Shown here in pieces: positions 15,800 through 18,194 of a DNA stretch of 18,194 nucleotides. The DNA lies in assembly GCA_024626585.2 (NCBI GenBank), contig JANKJI020000002.1, forward strand, positions 149,062,703-149,080,896, given 5' to 3'. This stretch comes from Ginkgo biloba (taxonomy: Eukaryota; Plantae; Ginkgophyta). The notes beneath the pieces are model-generated. The model was not told where the DNA came from and made no database searches. It saw only the letters and a program-made list of their open reading frames with translations. The position numbers and the translations under genes are program-made. Each line of letters starts with the position of its first letter. Position 1 is the stretch's first letter.

Positions 15800-16908
15800 T
15801 TACACTTCAATATCCTTTAATTTTGGTTATGGATCCCTAAATACCTTTTCTATATAACTACATAATTCATTAAACTCCTTAGTTAGGAAATAATCCAATT
15901 CACCTAAAAACTAAGAATAAACCTTAAGATAAGATGAATTCTTGTGGATTACGCTCTACATCGTATAAATAAGACCGCATTCTTGAAGGGAATAATCCAC
16001 CATCTCTTCTTCCACCTTTTGAATGAACTTAAAGAATGGTTGTTTATGTAAATTTGAAAAGTGAAGATACCTATAGAATCCACTTTTTCTAAATTTATGA
16101 TATAATTAATTGTTTCCACTAATATAAAATAAGTCAAAGACAACTCAAAATTATTTAATTTACTTTCAATGGATATGTGTTAATCCCTCAATTGGGAATT
16201 TTCCCAAAATAATTAATCCACATTTATTTTCAAATATTCAAATGAAACCTCATGAAATTTAATAGTTTTATGGACCAACAATTGACCCAAATATAATGAT
16301 ATCTACTAAAAACAAAATTATTACCTTTGATTTGGTAGTTTTAGGTCTAGATGAGTTGAAATTAATAGCTACTTTTCCTGAATCAAACTTGAATGTTGTG
16401 TGTTTCTTACTGAAGTATAAGGATGGAGATATGCCTACTACAACCAAAGTTGATTTTTAATTCAATAACTCTATAAACCATGGATTTTTCATGGGTTCTT
16501 ATTAGATTTATTATCAAACCATAACTCCCATGGATAGTGAAGTCATAGGANNNNNNNNNNGGGTCTTAGTGTATTAAATGAAATTAGAACTAGGTGATTT
16601 TGGGGTAGTCATAATTTTTATTTTAGAGATCGCTTCTCTTAATATTTGAATTTTATATGATTTGTTCTTCTTAGTGGAAGGAATCTCTTCTTAATGACTT
16701 GAATTCCTATTTCTTTATTTATTCAATTCATTTTTATCACCACCTTCCCCTATGCCTAATATTTGTCTAGGTCTTATCATAATAAACTTAGATCCACTTA
16801 ACATTGACTTGATTATTTCAATGACCACATACCCATTTTCTTTATTTATTGATTTAGGAGGTGTATCTTCCCTATCACCTCAAACCATATCATCGATTGG
16901 GTATTTAT
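15800..16908 (-). mobile_element. Decayed repeat element (copy B), same family and orientation as copy A
   Basis: Shared blocks with copy A: TGAATGAACTTAAAGAAT, TTTATGTAAATTT, GAATTTTCCCA, AAACCATGGATTT..CATGGGTTCTT, CTTCCCCTAT, TCTAGGTCTTATC.TAATAAACT.AGATCCAC. Confidence 0.6.
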
Positions 16909-17649
16909 NNNNNNNNNNNNNNNNNNNNNNNNNNNNNNNNNNNNNNNNNNNNNNNNNNNNNNNNNNNNNNNNNNNNNNNNNNNNNNNNNNNNNNNNNNNN
17001 NNNNNNNNATATGTGCTATGCATGCATACTCAAGTAATTAGGATAGATAAAGATTGTACACCGTTAGGCATCAACATGCTTAACAGGGATCTTTGTGACC
17101 CTTGGAGGACTTCACATCTCCTAGAGGACCTCTAATAGCTTCTAGGATTATCTCAGGAGATTTATCTTATGGAATATCCATCTATGAGTGGGGATTATGC
17201 CCAATCCTGGTAAAGGAACTTAGGAAAGGAAATATAACCTAATCACAATTTATGTATTTACATCATATCATGGGAATAAAAGAGAGCAAGGAATCAAAGA
17301 AATGCATCTAATTCTTTATTTCAATAATTAATTAAAGGGGTTTATGTGTTTATTTACTTTTGCATTAGATCACCCATCCACTGGCACACAAAACAATCCT
17401 CACACACAGATCACATGTCTTTGAGGTACGCCTGGGATTATCCCTCTACCTCTCATTTATTTGGGACAACCGTTCCAAATAAAGTAGGAAGGAGAAGTCC
17501 ATCCTCTGGCATACAATACCAATAAGGTTAAGGAGAATATCTCATTAATTTTGGCAAATCAATCCAAGAGGTTGATCAATGAAATTTAAAAATATATCAT
17601 ATTGATTGTTAGGCCAATAATGATAAAAGTTGAATAAGTGGAGAAATCA

Positions 17650-18194
17650 AAACCAACATTATCGGTGTAATAGAGAGGGTAATTAGACGAATTATTAAAT
17701 AAGTATAATTTTATTTTTTTATAATTGATAGATCTACCACCTTCAAGATCAATTGATCATGATATATACTTGCTTTTAGAATCAACTCTTCCCAACCTTG
17801 TATTGTATCAAATGTCATTGGTGGATAGTGAAGATATCAAACAACAGATTCAAGATATTATAGACCAAGTATTTATCAAACCAAGTGTGCCATTGTGTGG
17901 ATATCCTATCATACTTATGATAAATAACTATTGAACTTTGATAATATGTGTCAACTTTAAGGGATTCAACAAAATCACCATTAAGAATAGATATCCTCTA
18001 TCAAGGATTGATGACCTATTACATCAACCACAAGGGCCCAAGTGATTTTCCAAGTTGGATCTAAAGTTTGGATATCATCAGATTTGGATAAAGGAGGAAC
18101 ATACCAAGAATACAATGTTTAAAACCAAATAAGGATTGCTAGAGTGGTTGATGATTCCATTTGGGCTCATAAATGTGTAGGCAATATTTATGAG
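17650..18194 (+). pseudogene. Degenerate Ty3/gypsy LTR-retrotransposon pol (reverse transcriptase N-terminal part), running off the window end
   Basis: One frame reads LPPSRSIDHDIYL...IKPSVPLCGYPIILM...ICVNFKGFNKITIKNRYPLSRIDDLL...FSKLDLKFGYHQIWI...TMFKTK*GLLEWLMIPFGL, the canonical gypsy RT blocks. In-frame stops at 17932, 18043, 18130 and 18178. Left boundary approximate. Confidence 0.92.

Noticed and set aside
2104-17135. ORFs spanning N-runs (2104, 3291, 3935, 4271, 4620, 4625, 12731, 12778, 16752)
   Set aside because: Their length is an artefact of stop-free N gaps.
1-18194. Biosynthetic gene cluster (P450 or other tailoring genes beside the TPS)
   Set aside because: No second host gene is detectable in this window; a cluster at larger scale cannot be assessed.

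Overview
AT-rich, gapped draft scaffold of plant DNA, most likely a gymnosperm/conifer. It has nine N-runs, five of them exactly 100 N, so probably of unknown size. The only intact gene is a compact terpene synthase on the minus strand (10359..7507), inside a gap-free contig (4749-12869). I spliced it by hand into 10 exons and 9 introns; all phases are consistent, giving 1803 nt and 600 aa. It carries RRx8W, RxR, DDxxD and DTE motifs, and has no DxDD motif and no transit peptide. The protein closely follows the three-domain (gamma-beta-alpha) conifer TPS-d3 (E)-alpha-bisabolene synthase as I recall it. However, the whole ~210-aa gamma (CDIS) domain is cleanly missing at an in-frame junction inside exon 2. 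This looks like a gamma-less, two-domain member of a normally three-domain clade that has converged on the 9-intron class II gene layout. Its last intron is a non-canonical GC-AG intron that splits the DTE metal-binding motif. The flanks are decayed, CpG-poor transposon debris: a clear Ty3/gypsy RT pseudogene at the right end, two diverged copies of one repeat family on either side of the gene, a probable LINE remnant, and short tandem or palindromic repeats.
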